A stretch of 63,766 nt of DNA from positions 1,393,876-1,457,641 of the forward strand of contig CM119270.1 of assembly GCA_051294375.1 (NCBI GenBank), read 5' to 3'. Position 1 is the stretch's first letter. Each line of letters starts with the position of its first letter. This document shows positions 1 to 13,999 of this stretch, in pieces. The DNA comes from Paraspadella gotoi. Lineage: Eukaryota > Animalia > Chaetognatha. The notes under the pieces were generated by a model. It was not told the DNA's origin. It saw nothing but the letters and a program-made list of their open reading frames with translations, and did not search any database. Made by a program: the position numbers and the translations under genes.

Positions 1-751
1 TCTCTTTCTCAAAAGGATTCATGTCTATTTCTGACTTTGTATGTATGTAATATAAATTTATTTTTTTGGAATTCGAAGGATTTTAATTTTGCTTAATGTT
101 TAACATTAAATATATTTTATATTAATTTTCGTCGTCGTTGTCGTCGTCGTCGTCTTCGTTGTCGTCGTCAAAACAAAAGGTAATCGAGCGACGTTCATCT
201 TGCGGTCAAATGTTCAAACATTTTTGAAGGAAAAAAACATCTTTTCTTTTTTTCTTTTTCAGTCTTTATTTTATTATATTTTCTTTTTATTTAATATTTT
301 CTTCTTTTCTTTTTGTAATATTCTTTAAAAATATTTTTTTAAATCTAAAAAAATACCGTACATGTTTTATTTTTACAGGTTTAAACTTTGAAAATATTAC
401 AACATACAAATCGCTCAACCTTGATGGTTAAAAATAATAATAATAATTAATTTTTAAAAAAATTTATTTTACAAACTTTAACAAACTAATTTCTTATTCA
501 TCGTGGCAGAAAATCGGTTCTTTGTTCCATCTGGTGTTCGTGACGGATAGAGAAAGAGAGTGAGAGAGTAAGAGAGAGAGAGCGAGAGCGGACGGCAAGC
601 GAAGAGAGAAGAGAGATGAGAGAGAGAGCGACGACGACGAAGAGGAGAGAGAGAGGAGATGGATTGTAGAAAAGATTGGAAAGAATTGTAAAGGATTATT
701 GCATCTTATTCCCGAACTTTCCATTTTTATTTTTTAAGAGAGAGTGAGGAT

Positions 752-787
<36 letters not shown>

Positions 788-2004
788 AAGGCTGGAGAGC
801 AGAAATCGCTTAAAGAACTAAATCCCCCCTCTTAGTTCTGAGAACGAAAAAATACAGTGAAACCCAATATTTAAGAAATGTACAGAAAATTATCAAATAA
901 TTTATTATTTTTTGTAGGAAAAGTTTAGAACATTTGTAATTCAGATACTTATAAAAAAAAAAGCTTTTAAAACATCAAATTCTTATTTTTATATCTTATT
1001 ATTCGGTGACAGTCGTATTCGGGCACGGCTGTACTTTTTCAATAAAGATCGGACAGCGAAATACAGAGAAAACCTTTTCTTTATCTTCACCGCGTTTCAT
1101 TCCGATGTTTATTGATATTTCGCATTAGACATTCGTGATATATTTGCTTAATTTGTTTAACTAGATGTTAATATCAGTCTCAAGATGTCACTCGCAAAAT
1201 AAAAGCAAACAAAATAACAATGTCTAAAGAAAACCAAACAATTTTCGAGTTAAATATTGAATTTATTGATTCATTGATTCATTGATCAGTAAATGGAATA
1301 ATTAATTGCGTTATCCCGTTTATTTTATTGAAGGTGGTCAATTAAGAAAAAAAATCTTATAATACTTCGTGAAAGTAAAAGAAAATCTATAGCAAAATAT
1401 TAAATTAAACTCGGTCATTACAATTTACTTTTCTACTTATGAAATAATCGATCTAAACCTCCTCATTACAATAACAACGACAACAACAACAACAACGAAG
1501 GATTTTGAATGAGTTTCGTTTCTCAAAAGGACGAAACATTTTTTTAAAAACAGAGGAACACTTCAACTCAGCTGAAACAATATTGACGCAAAGATATAAA
1601 CAAACAAAGAATGAGATACAAAACGATTATCTCTCTCTCTCTCTTTTTTTCTCGCTCGAGAAGAGAGAAAGAGAGAAAAGTAAAAACCAACTCTTTGCAA
1701 AGAGAGAGAGGGAGAGAGGGAGAGAGAGAGAGAGAGTTTGTTCTTTACCCCATCCATTGAATCGTGACCAACGGGACGAGAGAGAGAGAGAGAAGAATAA
1801 GAAGAAGCTTTTAAACTCCCCCCTCCTCCCTCTCTCTCTCTCTCTCTCTCTTCTCTCCTCTCTCTCCCTGCGCTTCTCCGTCTCTCTCTTCTCTCTCTCT
1901 CATCATCCTCGTCCTCTTATCCCTTTTACGACTTTTTCAAATAACATTTGTGAGTAGCATATTATAATATAACTTGAACAAAGATATCTCTTGGTTCTCG
2001 ATCT

Positions 2005-2052
<48 letters not shown>

Positions 2053-2060
2053 TCTCTCCT
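1..2060 (+). repeat. ~2.1 kb segment duplicated at ~14000-16160
   Basis: Colinear match from TTTCTCAAAAGG(C)ATTCATGTC to TTGAACAAAGATATCTCT. Differences are mostly single-base indels. Confidence 0.95.
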
Positions 2061-4114
2061 GTCGACGCTCTTCTCCGATTTGATTTCCAACGTCGAGTAG
2101 AATCGCAACAAACACCGAATCTGGTCAGAGGAGAGAGAGAGAGAGAGACCGGAAGAAAGAGGGAGAGAGAGAGGAGGAGAGAGGAGAGAGCAGAGGAGAG
2201 AGCAGAGGACGGATGAGAGACTGGTTATAGAAAAGATGCGCCAAAAAAGCATGAATAAGGTTCCTATCGGAATCAAACTTGGCAAACATAAGAACAAACA
2301 TCTTTCGAAGAGAGAGAGAGGAGACGAGAGAGAGAGAGGAAGAGAGAGAAGAGAGAGAGAAGAGAGAGACTGACGACGAGTGAGAGAGAGGACGATTGTT
2401 TTTGGCAATTCCTGTTTACGCCAATACATCTCATTGCACCGGCGATGGAGTTTAGGTGCGATATGTTGGTCCGTTGCCGAGCTTGTTGTTGTGACAATGA
2501 CATAACACTGTGTGATAATTATGCAAATAATGCAACGAAACCATTTTAAGTTAAATCATAGTGCGGTTAAACGTAAGTTAATGTTCACTAACGTCGTCTA
2601 GTCAATTGCTTCAATAAAACTGTGGAATTGTTAAAAAAAACAATTATTCTTCTTCCTTTATAATTCATCTCAGAGTAAATACTAAGGGAACAGGAAGAAA
2701 ATCAAATTCAGAGATGAACAAGATTCCCTCAAATTAACCGTTGTTTTGGTATTTTATATTGAAGCAAAAACAACTACTTAAATGGTTGAGATATCAGATT
2801 CATTTCTACGAACAGCGTGCGTGCTGAATTTAAACATTTTGGGTAGCTTCTCCAGGCATTGGCTGTGATGCTGATTTTCTTTGTTTTGTATATCTTACGT
2901 TTGTGTAAAGACTTTTCGTCTTTTAGCGCGCTTGATAATAAATTATTGCTCTCGGAAATATGCAGATGATTCTTACAAAAAACATATTTTAAGTGACCTC
3001 ATTTTGTGCTGTGTTGTTTCAGTTCTCAATTCGTTTTGATATGTGATTGATATCAAGAAAATCTTGTTAATAGTTTTGGATCCAGGTAGTTAAGAGGAAT
3101 CAGAAATTTAACAGCTAATTTAGGAACGAGGAATAGAAAAAGGAAGAGAAATCAATAAAAATGAGAAAGACTTATGTGTCAAGACCAGAAGAAATGTGAA
3201 CGATTTTTGGTGAGAGATAATGTAAAAAAGAAAAAATGAGGAGAAAGAAAGGGGAGGGGAAAGATAATAGAAAAAGGAGGAATCGCAAGAAGCAAATAAA
3301 TACGGGTCAAAAAAGGAAGAACGAGTCGCGGTGATCAAAGCCGAATTCCAGAACTGGGCACATAATGTTCACCGCCCATCCAACTCTTCCGATACTTTGC
3401 TCTCAGAGAAAAAAGAATAGTAACCCAAAAAAAAATAAACTAAAATCCGAGAAGAATTTCTCATAATATTTATTCAGAGCGAGGAAGAAACTTGGACGAG
3501 GAATATAGGCAATATACATTACAAACGAAAAGGCAGATGCAACAACAACAACAACCAAAAACCCCGCATCTCCGTGACTTGTGAGCCGAAATCTAAAAAA
3601 CCTGAGAATTTTAAAAAAAACCGAAAGGATTAAATTAGAAAAAGAAATAAAGAAAAGAATTCTCCGGACTTAAAAGAAAAGCTCAAGTTCCAAATTGGAG
3701 CGCCTAAACAAATAAGGAGGCGGAATTTAGAAAAAAAAAAGAAGAGCCCATAATCGTGAAACTCGGAAGAGTCGGCTTAAGGCTTAACCGCTGTGTCCTG
3801 CTTACTTTTCCCGAGATCTCCATCTCTAGACGGAAGACGACGGACACACGGACCGGACGAAAGACGCCCGAAACAGACAGTCAATACCATACGCCGGAGG
3901 GCTGCCGGCCGTTCCTTCTGCTCCCGGCCGATTATAGCGTCCCTTTAGCGGACGATTCCGGCTTATATACGGACATTTGCGCTTTCGACTTTTAATCTTC
4001 GCCTAAATTATCGAAATATTTCCCCCGATTACTTAGTACAGAGACATTATTAAAAAAAACCATGGNNNNNNNNNNNNNNNNNNNNNNNNNGAGAGAGAGA
4101 GAGAGAGAGAGAGA

Positions 4115-4555
4115 TGTTTTTGGAATCCTGTTTCGCTCTTCCTTTGCCACCGGCGATGGAGTTCGTGTTGTTGTTGTTGTCGTTGTTGTTTGTGACAATG
4201 TACATAACACTTCGTTTATTTATCAAATACATTGACTTTTGTTATCTAGTCGCTTAAACGTAAGTTAATGTTACTAACGTCGTTAGTCAATTGCTCTCAA
4301 AAACTGCTGAATTGTTAAAAAAACAATATTCTTTCTTCTTTATATTCATCTCAAAATACTAGGGAATCAATCAATGAACAAATTCCTCAAAACGTTTGTT
4401 TGTTTTTAATTGAACAAACATCTAATTGGTTCTTCATTTCGAACGGCGTCTGTTTGGTCTCTCAGCATTTGGCTCTGATCTGATTTCTTTGTTTGTATAT
4501 TTCGTTTGTTTGCAAACTTCGTCTTTAGCGCTGGAAAAATATTTGCTTGTTTGTA
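4115..4555 (+). repeat. Compressed copy of ~2395-2960, next to the 25-N gap at 4066-4090
   Basis: CACCGGCGATGGAGTT, TTAAACGTAAGTTAATGTT and TAGTCAATTGCT are shared in the same order. Confidence 0.85.
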
Positions 4556-4918
4556 TTAAAAAAACATTCTAAGCGCGTAATTTGGTCCGAGAATCAAAAA
4601 TCTTGTATAATTCATCGCCGGGGTCAGAGAGCGAGGGAGAGAGAGAGGGAGAGTGAGANNNNNNNNNNNNNNNNNNNNNNNNNATCACAAAAAACCCCAC
4701 CCTCGCCCACGCTACCTTCCACAATCCCACCATCCAGCAGGCCTCGGCGCGAAGACGCTGTCTCTCTCTCCAATTTCCGTTTAACAATAACAATATTCTG
4801 CGTGACAAACCTCAGAACCGAACAAGATGGAAGCTCGGAGTTTCTGAACAAAACACGGGATGGTTTGAAAAAAATCTCTCTCCATCTCTCTCTTCTTCTT
4901 CTCTCTCTCTCCTCTTCG

Positions 4919-4950
<32 letters not shown>

Positions 4951-5210
4951 CTCTTCTCTCGTCTCTCCTCCTCGGTCTCGTGCTCTCTTTAGAAACGGGG
5001 GTGCGATTAATATATTGACTTAGTTTTCTACTATTACGCCGTCGCTTTCGCTTGATCAATAACCTTTGTTGGCTTTAGGCATATATATCTAGTTATGCGT
5101 TTCCCCTTGGCTTCTTTACCCTGGTATTCGTGGTCGTCGTCGTCGTCGTTGTCGTCGCTGGTCGTCGTCCACGTGCGGTCGAGAGTCATTCTCAGGCACT
5201 TGTCCCGGGC

Positions 5211-5279
<69 letters not shown>

Positions 5280-5649
5280 CAGAGAGAGAGGAAGAGAGAG
5301 AAGAGAGAGAGAACATAAAACTCTCTACTCTTAGCCGCGTATGTTTTTAAAACCGACCGCCCCTTTCGGCAGCCAAAAATATTTGTCTCTCTTTATCTAA
5401 AAATATTTATTAGATTGTTTTGGTCCTCCTCTGGCGTTGAAACGCATGTAACTTCTCTCCCAAGGCGTCTCCGCCTCTCTTCTCTTATTCCATGCTTCTT
5501 CTTTCTTGGTTGTAATTTTTTAAATTTAAAAAAACACAAAGGGGATACCTGGTTTTTTTTTTCCCAAAGACTTTAACGGGACCCTTTATATTCTTCACCG
5601 GGTCCCCCTCTTTAACTCCTTGTATCCTTGGGCCCATACTTATTTTTTT

Positions 5650-5682
<33 letters not shown>

Positions 5683-7496
5683 CCCCTTTCCCTTCCCTTT
5701 GGCCTTCTTCTTCTTCCTCTCCCTATTTTTTACAATTGAATTTCGGGAGACATTCAACGGGTCTTCTTGGGTGCTGCATGTAAACAATTATGTCATATTA
5801 TGGATTGATCAAATTCCTATTTTACTGGTGTCATAGTGGGATGAGTAAAAAAGTTTTTTAAGGGGTCTCGCACTTAATTAATTTGATTTCTGTCTTCTAT
5901 TATTCTCAGACAATTGGAGGCGCATGAGTCTATAGTCGTGTTGTGTTATAATCCATTTTTCCTCCTACTATAATAAGATTTTTAATAATACTGGACATCA
6001 CTTAGAAATATTCGTAAATTTATCTTGAGAAAACGCGCTACACTAATCGTACATGTATGGCACGTAGGATTAATGAGTATATGACTCACATTCAACATCT
6101 AAACTTTCTTCGACCTGGCGTCTATTATGGAACCGTGAGGACGCGGTTGCATTTAAAAACACAAATTCACTTACCTTTGTATTAGACAGGTTTATCATGT
6201 CCTCTTCTCTAACCCCACACATCCAGCCAAACCCTGCTCCGCCCTACCGTATCCCCCCACCCCACCCTCTGCAACATCCCGAATATTCACCCACCTTTAC
6301 TATGCTCTATGCTCAATTCACCTAAATAACTCCCTCCATGCACATCTCTCTCAACTTTTTTTTTCTAAAAAAACTTTCCATCAATTTAAAACTCTTTCAT
6401 CTCCGTCTCTCTCTCAATCTCATTTACACTTCTCGCTCCTCTCTTCTCTCTCCTCTCATCTGCTCATCTCTCATATATACTCTCAAGTTTCTAATCTATC
6501 TATCTTTTAATTCTCAAATCAAAATCTTACATGAATATTTCAGAATACACACACCCTCCTTCCGTCGTTTTAAATCAATTCGTCTCTCCCCGGCGGCTCT
6601 CTCCACGCTTTCTGATGTGCGTATGGTCTTAAGATTTTTTTGAATGATTTATACCCGAACCACCTCAGCAGCAATGGGAGGCATGGCGAACGAGAGGTGT
6701 TCAGTTTCGGTTCGAACTCCCTCCTTCAAGAGATCTATATACTCCGCGGTATTTGAACATCTTGTGCCCAAGGTATGTACCACACGCGAGGGATCATTCC
6801 TGCACAGCGAAAAGCTACCTATATCAAGCCATTTACACTTTCCGTACGTGTATCAGGAACGCACAATATGGATTGGATTTGGGATTTTACTTAAAGAGAA
6901 GGGATTAGCAATTGAGAAGAGGGAAAAAAAGTGGAAGAAAAACACAATGGAATGAATCATTTGCTCTCTCCTCTCCTCTCGTCTGCTGTCCTCCACTTCG
7001 TTCTCAGTCACTCTCAGAGTTGCCGAAGTAGCTAATCACGGTTGCAGGAGTGGCCACAAAGTCTGACTCCCTGCTAGCTCAGCGGTTGCAATCTTTTAGG
7101 AGGCTCATTCTCTCACGCTTTGGCTCCTCCGAAGTCTCTTACGTGACCTTGCTCTCTCTGTTCGTTTCTTTTGGGAATTTGACTGTGCTTCGTTCTACAT
7201 TCTGATTCATAGGTCCCGTGAGTGACATGTTCGGAGATAGTGCCGGTGTCCGGAGTGGTGAGGTAGGAGCGCTGTTTACCGCGATAGTGGTGATAATCAC
7301 AAGGAATATGTGGGTCAGAGCCCATGGCCAGGAGTTTTATGCGCGGCTGATTCGGCATTGCCTGGATTTCCGGAAGAGTGAGCCATGAATCTTCCGTCAC
7401 GTCCTAGTTCTGCGCGAAGAGGTGTTTATTAAGTCTGTAGTTTAGTTTTCGTCTAGATCATTTTTATTACGAAAATAGAAAGTGAAAAGAAGAGAG

Positions 7497-7574
<78 letters not shown>

Positions 7575-7711
7575 AGCTGAGAAAAGCCAAATGGAAAAAG
7601 AAAATGTGTTTTTTTTTTTCTTCAAAAAAAACTTATCTTTCTTTTTTTCTTAAGCTCAGAGATTCTTTCTCTTCTCTCTCTCTCTCTCTCTTCCTCTTCT
7701 CTCTCTTCTTC

Positions 7712-7745
<34 letters not shown>

Positions 7746-9426
7746 CTCTCCTCTTTTTTTCACTTCTATTTTCGTAATGTCTCCGAACAACTCATTGTAA
7801 CATTGGAAGAGAGAGAGGAGTGAGAGAGAGAGAGAAAGAGAGAGAGATGCAGAGAGAGAGAGAGAGAGAGAGCAGAGAGAAGAGAGAGAGAGATGACGAG
7901 AGAGTACGGAGATGAGAGAGAGAGAGATTGTTCGTATTCCCTTGGTTTTTTCCCATTCTTCTTTTTTCCTCTTCTTCCATTTGCTAATCCTTTCTCTTTA
8001 AGTTCAATCCATCCAATCATCATTGTGGTTCGATCCTTACGAAATTATGTGAGGCCTCTAGCCCGCTGCTGCCTGTCGGGTTTTGAGGGGGTTCGCGGGC
8101 TGCCTGTTCGACTGCCCCAGCTGCTGAGGGGTCGGATATTTCCATGCTGAGGCCGCGGGAATTGTTAAAACGACGATTTATCCGTGTTTTCTGAATTTAT
8201 TCATTTCATTTTTTAATTAATTAATCAATTAATTAAATATAATTTATTTAATTCATTTTTTAATTAACTTTAAATTAATTATACAAAAATTTTCCCTCTT
8301 ACCCACGTCTAATAGCCATAAAATTTTGATGCTGGAATTGCTATAATACACTTCTACGATCATAAGCGTTTTCCAAATTTTAACAATTCCAAGTTAATTT
8401 TTTTAATTTTGTGAGAAGGAAAATGATTTACACAACGTCTTAAGCTCAGCGCCTCCAATGCTGAGAAAAGGTAAGGCGCACCTTAAAAACCTTACCTCGT
8501 CTTTTCTATTTGATCAATCTCTTTGACCTTTTTGTTTACCCCCAGGAGCTTTCAAAGACGAGGGGGGCACGGGGCTGAGAATGGGAGCGGGTGACAGGAA
8601 AAGGGCAGGAACAGATAAATGGCGGTTGTGAGATAAAGTGCAGTCACCGTAAAATCTTGGGCGGAAAAAACATTATCTTATGTTGTTTTTAAAATATATC
8701 TTTAAAATTAAATCGATAATTTCATATATTTTATTTTTTTCACTTGTTTGTTTACGAAAGAGTTTATAAAAAAGATTATCGAAGTACTTTACGGTTGGTG
8801 AGAAAGAGAAAATAATAATTGTGGTGGAATAAAAAGATAAATTTCCTGTTTTTGTTTAAAGTTTAAACCGTTTGCGCTCCAAAAAATCTCGGCCTTGTTT
8901 TAACAAAAGCCGGGCCCTCCCCGTTTTAAATTTTTTTTTACGTTCTTCGACAAACTAATACAACGAAGAAAGAGAAATTTTACTTTACTATTTTCCCTTT
9001 AAGTTTTGTCCTCCAAAATGAAATGTTTTGATTGACTAAAACTTCGAGAAACCCAGTCTTTCCGACCCTTAAATATTATTACAATATGATAACCTCTACG
9101 GTATTAAAATTTAACCACTAGTTTAAAAAACAACAACACTTTAGAAGAAAAGAAACAAAAAAAAGCAAATATAAAAGAAATGTAGCTACTCTAAGAAAAG
9201 AAAAAAAAAGAAGAAATGAGGAAAAAGAAAAGAAAAAAGAAAAAAAAAAGAAAAGGAAAATTCGAAATTAATTTCTTCCTGAAAAAAATTTCAATTTCTC
9301 ACTCTTCTAACTGAAATTTATAATTGCGAAGGAAAAAAAAAGCAAGCCATGGTGTCTAATCAGCTTCTCTCCTCTCACTAGAGGTTAGCTGCGAGAGAGA
9401 GAGAAAGAGAGAGAGAGAGAGATGAC

Positions 9427-9459
<33 letters not shown>

Positions 9460-9508
9460 CAGAAAGGAGATTTTTCCAAATTTTTCGCTTTTTTAAGAAA
9501 AAAAAAGC

Positions 9509-9549
<41 letters not shown>

Positions 9550-9810
9550 AAAGAGGAGAGAGAGAAGAGCAGAGAGAGAGAGAGAGAGAGAGCAGAAACT
9601 AATTATTGTGCTGCGACGACGTCTGCAGTGAAAAATAACCTCGGGGCCATGACGGCGAAGACGACGACGACGATCGAACGACGACGACGAAAAGAGGGAG
9701 TAAAGCGACGACTTCAAAACGATGATGGCGAAGAAATAAAAAAGAGCGGAAAAGCAGCGAAGCAACAAATTTCGGTTATTATGACAGATGATGGTCTTCA
9801 TTCTCTCTCT

Positions 9811-9866
<56 letters not shown>

Positions 9867-10511
9867 CTCTCTCTCTCTCTCTCTCTCTCTCTCGCGCTCT
9901 CTTTCCTTTCCTCCTCTTACCCGTTTCTCTCAACCCGAGATGGAGACACTTATGACGAGGAGCATGATTAAAAGATAAAAAATGAAAATTAGAAGGGAGA
10001 TGGGAAGGAGAGGAGAGAGAGGGAAGAGCAGTTATTGAGAGGGGAAGAGGAGAGAGGAGAGAGGAGAGCGGAGAGGGAAGAAAGCTGTAATGTGGTGCGG
10101 GAGAGAGCAGGGAGAGTGCAGAGGGAGAAGAGAGGGAGAGGAGAGAAAAAGGGTTCTTAATTTAAACTTGCAGAATCTTGTTCCTCTATTTCAAAACTTT
10201 ATGAGTAACTAAAAGCCGGGAACCAGCATAAATAGAAATATAACATAAATAGAGAACATAAATAGCTAAAAAATGAGTGGCAAAAATAGATAAGAAAATC
10301 CACGGAAATTGATAAAAAAATTAATAAAAAAAGGTTGTCTGCGCATTTTTGCTCAAATACAGAACAAAATTATAAATATTGGTATTAAAAATATAGAAAT
10401 AATTATAAACTGTTCGTGTCGGATTGATAAATTTCTCTCATTTTTTGTTCCACCAAAGACTCACTCTGTCCCCACCCCGCGAGTCCTCTCCCTCTCTCTC
10501 TTTCTTTACAA

Positions 10512-10547
<36 letters not shown>

Positions 10548-11334
10548 CCTCTCTCATCTTTTTTCTTCTTTATATTTGGTTTCACACCACCGCAGCTACA
10601 CTTCTTACAACTCACCTAAAAAAAGAGAGAGAGAAAAAAAAAAGATAAAACAGAAAAAAAGAGAAAATTCCCAGACTTAAAAATGGGAAAATCAAAGGAG
10701 TGGAACCTTTTAAAAAAATAAATTATTTTGGCCTTTTTTCATTAGTTATGATTAAATATATATTTAATAAGTACGTCAAAATTCTTGCTTAAAACTGTAT
10801 GTGATAGTAAGTAATAGTAAATAATATAAGTTAATAGTATTTTTATGGAGATCGAACGTGGTCTTAAGCGCGAAAGAAAGTTTACAAAATTTGAAAATTG
10901 AAAAAAAAATAAGTTGTATTGTGAAAGTATTTGAAAAAATGTTCAACTGGCAATTAAAGTACAAATCGCCTCACTCTTTATTCACGAAAATTGGCAAAAA
11001 AAAAAGAATTAAGGAGAAAATAAGCGGAGAATTAAGGGAGAACTAAGGAAAAAAAAAACGAAAAAAGAAATTAAGAAGAAGGAAAGGAAAATCGAGGCAG
11101 ATCCCAAATTCTTTAGTTTTAGTCACCCAAAAAAAAAAGACCCCGTCCCCTCAACTCCATCCAAACTTCCATTTCCTTTGTCTCTCTCTCGCTCTCTCTC
11201 TCTCTCTACTCTCTTCTACTCTCTCTCTCTTCTCTCCTCTCTCCTCTCTCTCTCTCTCTCTCCTTTCTCTTCTATCCCCAAAAGTTGCGGCGCTAAGAAA
11301 TCAATAGAAAGTCGCTTGAAATGAAAAGGAACCC

Positions 11335-12000
11335 CTTCGTCGTTATCGTCGTCGTTCCGTCGTCGCAGGCTTTTCGTCGTCGTCGCTGTCGTCGTCGTCT
11401 TCGTCGTCTGGTGTCTGTCGTCGTCGCTGGTACCGTCGTCGTCCGTCGCTGTCGTCGTCGCTTCGCTTCGTCGTCGTCGTCGCTGTTCGTCGTCGTCGTA
11501 ACGTCGTCGCTGTCGTCGTCGCGCGTCGTCGCTGTCGTCGTCTTCGTCGTTCGTCGTCGCTGTTCGTCGTCGTCGGTCGTCGTTCTTCTTCTTCGTCGTC
11601 GTCGTCGTCGTCGTCGTCTTCCTCGTCTGTTTCGTCACGTCGCTGTCGTCGTCGTCGTTGTCGTCGTCTTCTTCTGTCATTCTTCGTCGTCGTAGTCATT
11701 GCTGTCGTCGTCGTCATCGTCGTCGTCATCGCTGTCATCATCAATGCTGTCGTCGTCGTGTCTTCCCTCGTCATCGTTGTTCTCCTCGTCGCTCGTCGTC
11801 GGTCTTCTTCTTCTTCGCTCGTCGTCGTTCGTCCGTCGTCGTCGCCGTTCGTTCGTCGTCGTCGTCTTCTTTCTTCCTTCTTCTTCGTCGTCGTATTCGT
11901 CGACTTCGTTCTTCGTCGTCGCTGTGGTCGTTCGTCAGCTGTCTTCGTCGTCAGTCTTCTTCGTCTTCTCCTTTCTTCCTCGCGAGAATTCTCGTCGTCA
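11335..12000. repeat. Degenerate (GTC/TTC)n trinucleotide tract
   Basis: Continuous TCG/TCT triplets. It generates the spurious poly-R/S/V/D/T ORFs in the track. Confidence 0.95.
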
Positions 12001-12472
12001 CATTAAAAGGATTAGTTTTGTATCGACCTCAACACTCTCAACACCTCAAACTCTCACACTCTCACAGAAGGGCGTATGAAGAACGCGGATGAGTTAAAGT
12101 GATTTATGAATAGAAATTGATTCTGATATGCGCACCATGTAATTTGAAAGGATAGGCTTTCGTGTAACGATCGGGCGCTTACAATTTTACAATTTTACAA
12201 GTTCTTTACTATTGGATTTTTATTGGATAAAGAGGTTAATGCAAAAAATATGTAAGAAAGAAAGATGAAAAACCAAAACAAAAAAATTGTTCTAAAACTG
12301 ATGATAAAAAATATTCTTTAGGCACAAAAAATGAAGACGACGGACGACGACGACGACGGACGACCAACGACGACTAAAATCTCATCTTTTGCCGCCACAA
12401 GAAAAGTTGATGTATGAATCGAGAAATTTATTCTTCTTCTCTTTTCTTTCTTCTTTCTTTCTTTCTTTCTTC

Positions 12473-12508
<36 letters not shown>

Positions 12509-12629
12509 TCACAATAGGTGAACTTACCCCCAAAAACCCAACTCACCTTTTTCCTCCTCTTTCCTCCTCCTCCTCCGTCCTCCTACCTCTCTTTCTCGAA
12601 ATAACTAACCCTAAATCCCTCGCCTGTGC

Positions 12630-13998
12630 GGTTCGAGATTTCCTCCCTCTCTCCCTCCCTCTTTCTCTCCCCCTCTTTCCCCCCACTCCCTCCCCTCTCC
12701 TCACTCTCTCCCCTCTCCCCCTCCCCTCTTACCTCCCTTCTTTCCCCCTCTTCTCCCTCCCCCTTTTCTCTCACCTTCACCCTGCCCCTCTCTCCCTCCA
12801 CTCCCTCCCCTCTCCTTCTCTCCTTCCCCTCTCCTCCCCTCTTCCTCCCTTTCTTCTCCCCTCTTCCTCCCTCTCTCCCTGCCCTCTCTTCCCTCCCCCA
12901 CTCCCCTTCCCCCTACTCCTCTCTCCTTCCCCTCTCCCCCTCCCCCCTTTCCTCCCTTCTCCTTCCCCCTCTTTCTTTCTCCCTCTCTCTTTTGCCCTCT
13001 TCTCCCCCCCCACTCCTCCCCTCCTCTCTCTTCCCCTCCCCCTGCCCTCTTCCTCCCTCTCTTCTCCCCTCTTTCTCTCCCCTCTCCTCCCTACCCTCTC
13101 TCCCTCCCCCACTCCCCTCCCCTCTCCTTCTCCTTCCCCTCTCCCCCATCCCCCTCTTCCTCCCTTCTTTCTCTCCCCTCTCTCCCGCCTCTCTCCCTCC
13201 CCACTCCCTCCCCTCTCCTCCTCTCCTTCCCCTCTCCTCCTCCCCTCTTCCCCTTTCCCCTTTCATTACCCCCTCATCTCCCTCCTCCTTTCTCTCCCCT
13301 CTCTCCTGCCCTCTCTCCCTCCCGCCACTCCCTCCCCTCTCCTCTCTCCTTCCCCTCTCCCCCTCTCCCCCTCTCCTCCCTTCTTCCTCCACCTTCTTTC
13401 TCTCCCCTCTCTCCCCTGCCCTCTCTCCCCTCCCCCACTCCCTCCCCTCTCCTCTTCTCCCTTCCCCTCTCCCCCTGCCCCTCTTCCCTCCCTGTCTCCT
13501 CCCCTCTTCTCTCCCCTCTCTCCCCTGCCCCTCTCACCCTCCCCTCAACTCCCGCCCCTCTCCTCTCTCCTTCCCCTCCTCCCCTACAATCCCCTTCCTC
13601 CCTTCTTCCTCCCTTCTTTCTTCTCCCCTCTCTCCCTGCCCTCTCTTCCTCCCCCACTCCCTCCCCTCTCCTCTCTCCTCCCTACTCTCCCCCTCCCCCT
13701 TTCCTCCCTTCTCCTCCCCTCCTTTCTCATCCCCTCTCTCCCTGCCCCTCTCTCCCTCCCCCACTCCCTCCCCTCTCCTCTCTCCTCCCCTCTCCCCTCC
13801 CCCTCTTCCTCCTTCTTTCCTTCTCTCCCTCCTCCCTTTCTCTCCCCTCTCTCCCTCGCCCTCTCTCCCCTCCACTCCCTCCCCTCTCCTCCTCTCTCCT
13901 TTCCCCTACTCCCCCTCCCCCCTCTTCCTCCCTTCTTCCTCCCCTTCTCTCTTCCCCTCTTTCTTTCCCCACCTCTCTCCTCCCCCACTCCCTCCCTT
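12630..13998. repeat. ~1.4 kb C/T-rich polypyrimidine satellite, ~100-115 bp loose period
   Basis: Nearly pure C/T with recurrent CCCTGCCCTCTCT and CCACTCCCTCCCCTCTCC motifs. Confidence 0.85.
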
Positions 13999-13999
13999 A

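Noticed and set aside
7113-7400. 95-aa non-repetitive minus-strand ORF
   Set aside because: No recognisable motif, and it lies in the low-quality spacer of the noisy inverted duplication.
11216-12092. Overlapping poly-Arg/Ser/Asp/Thr ORFs, and all ERER/LSLS or X-containing ORFs elsewhere
   Set aside because: They are products of (GTC)n and (AG)n microsatellites and N gaps.
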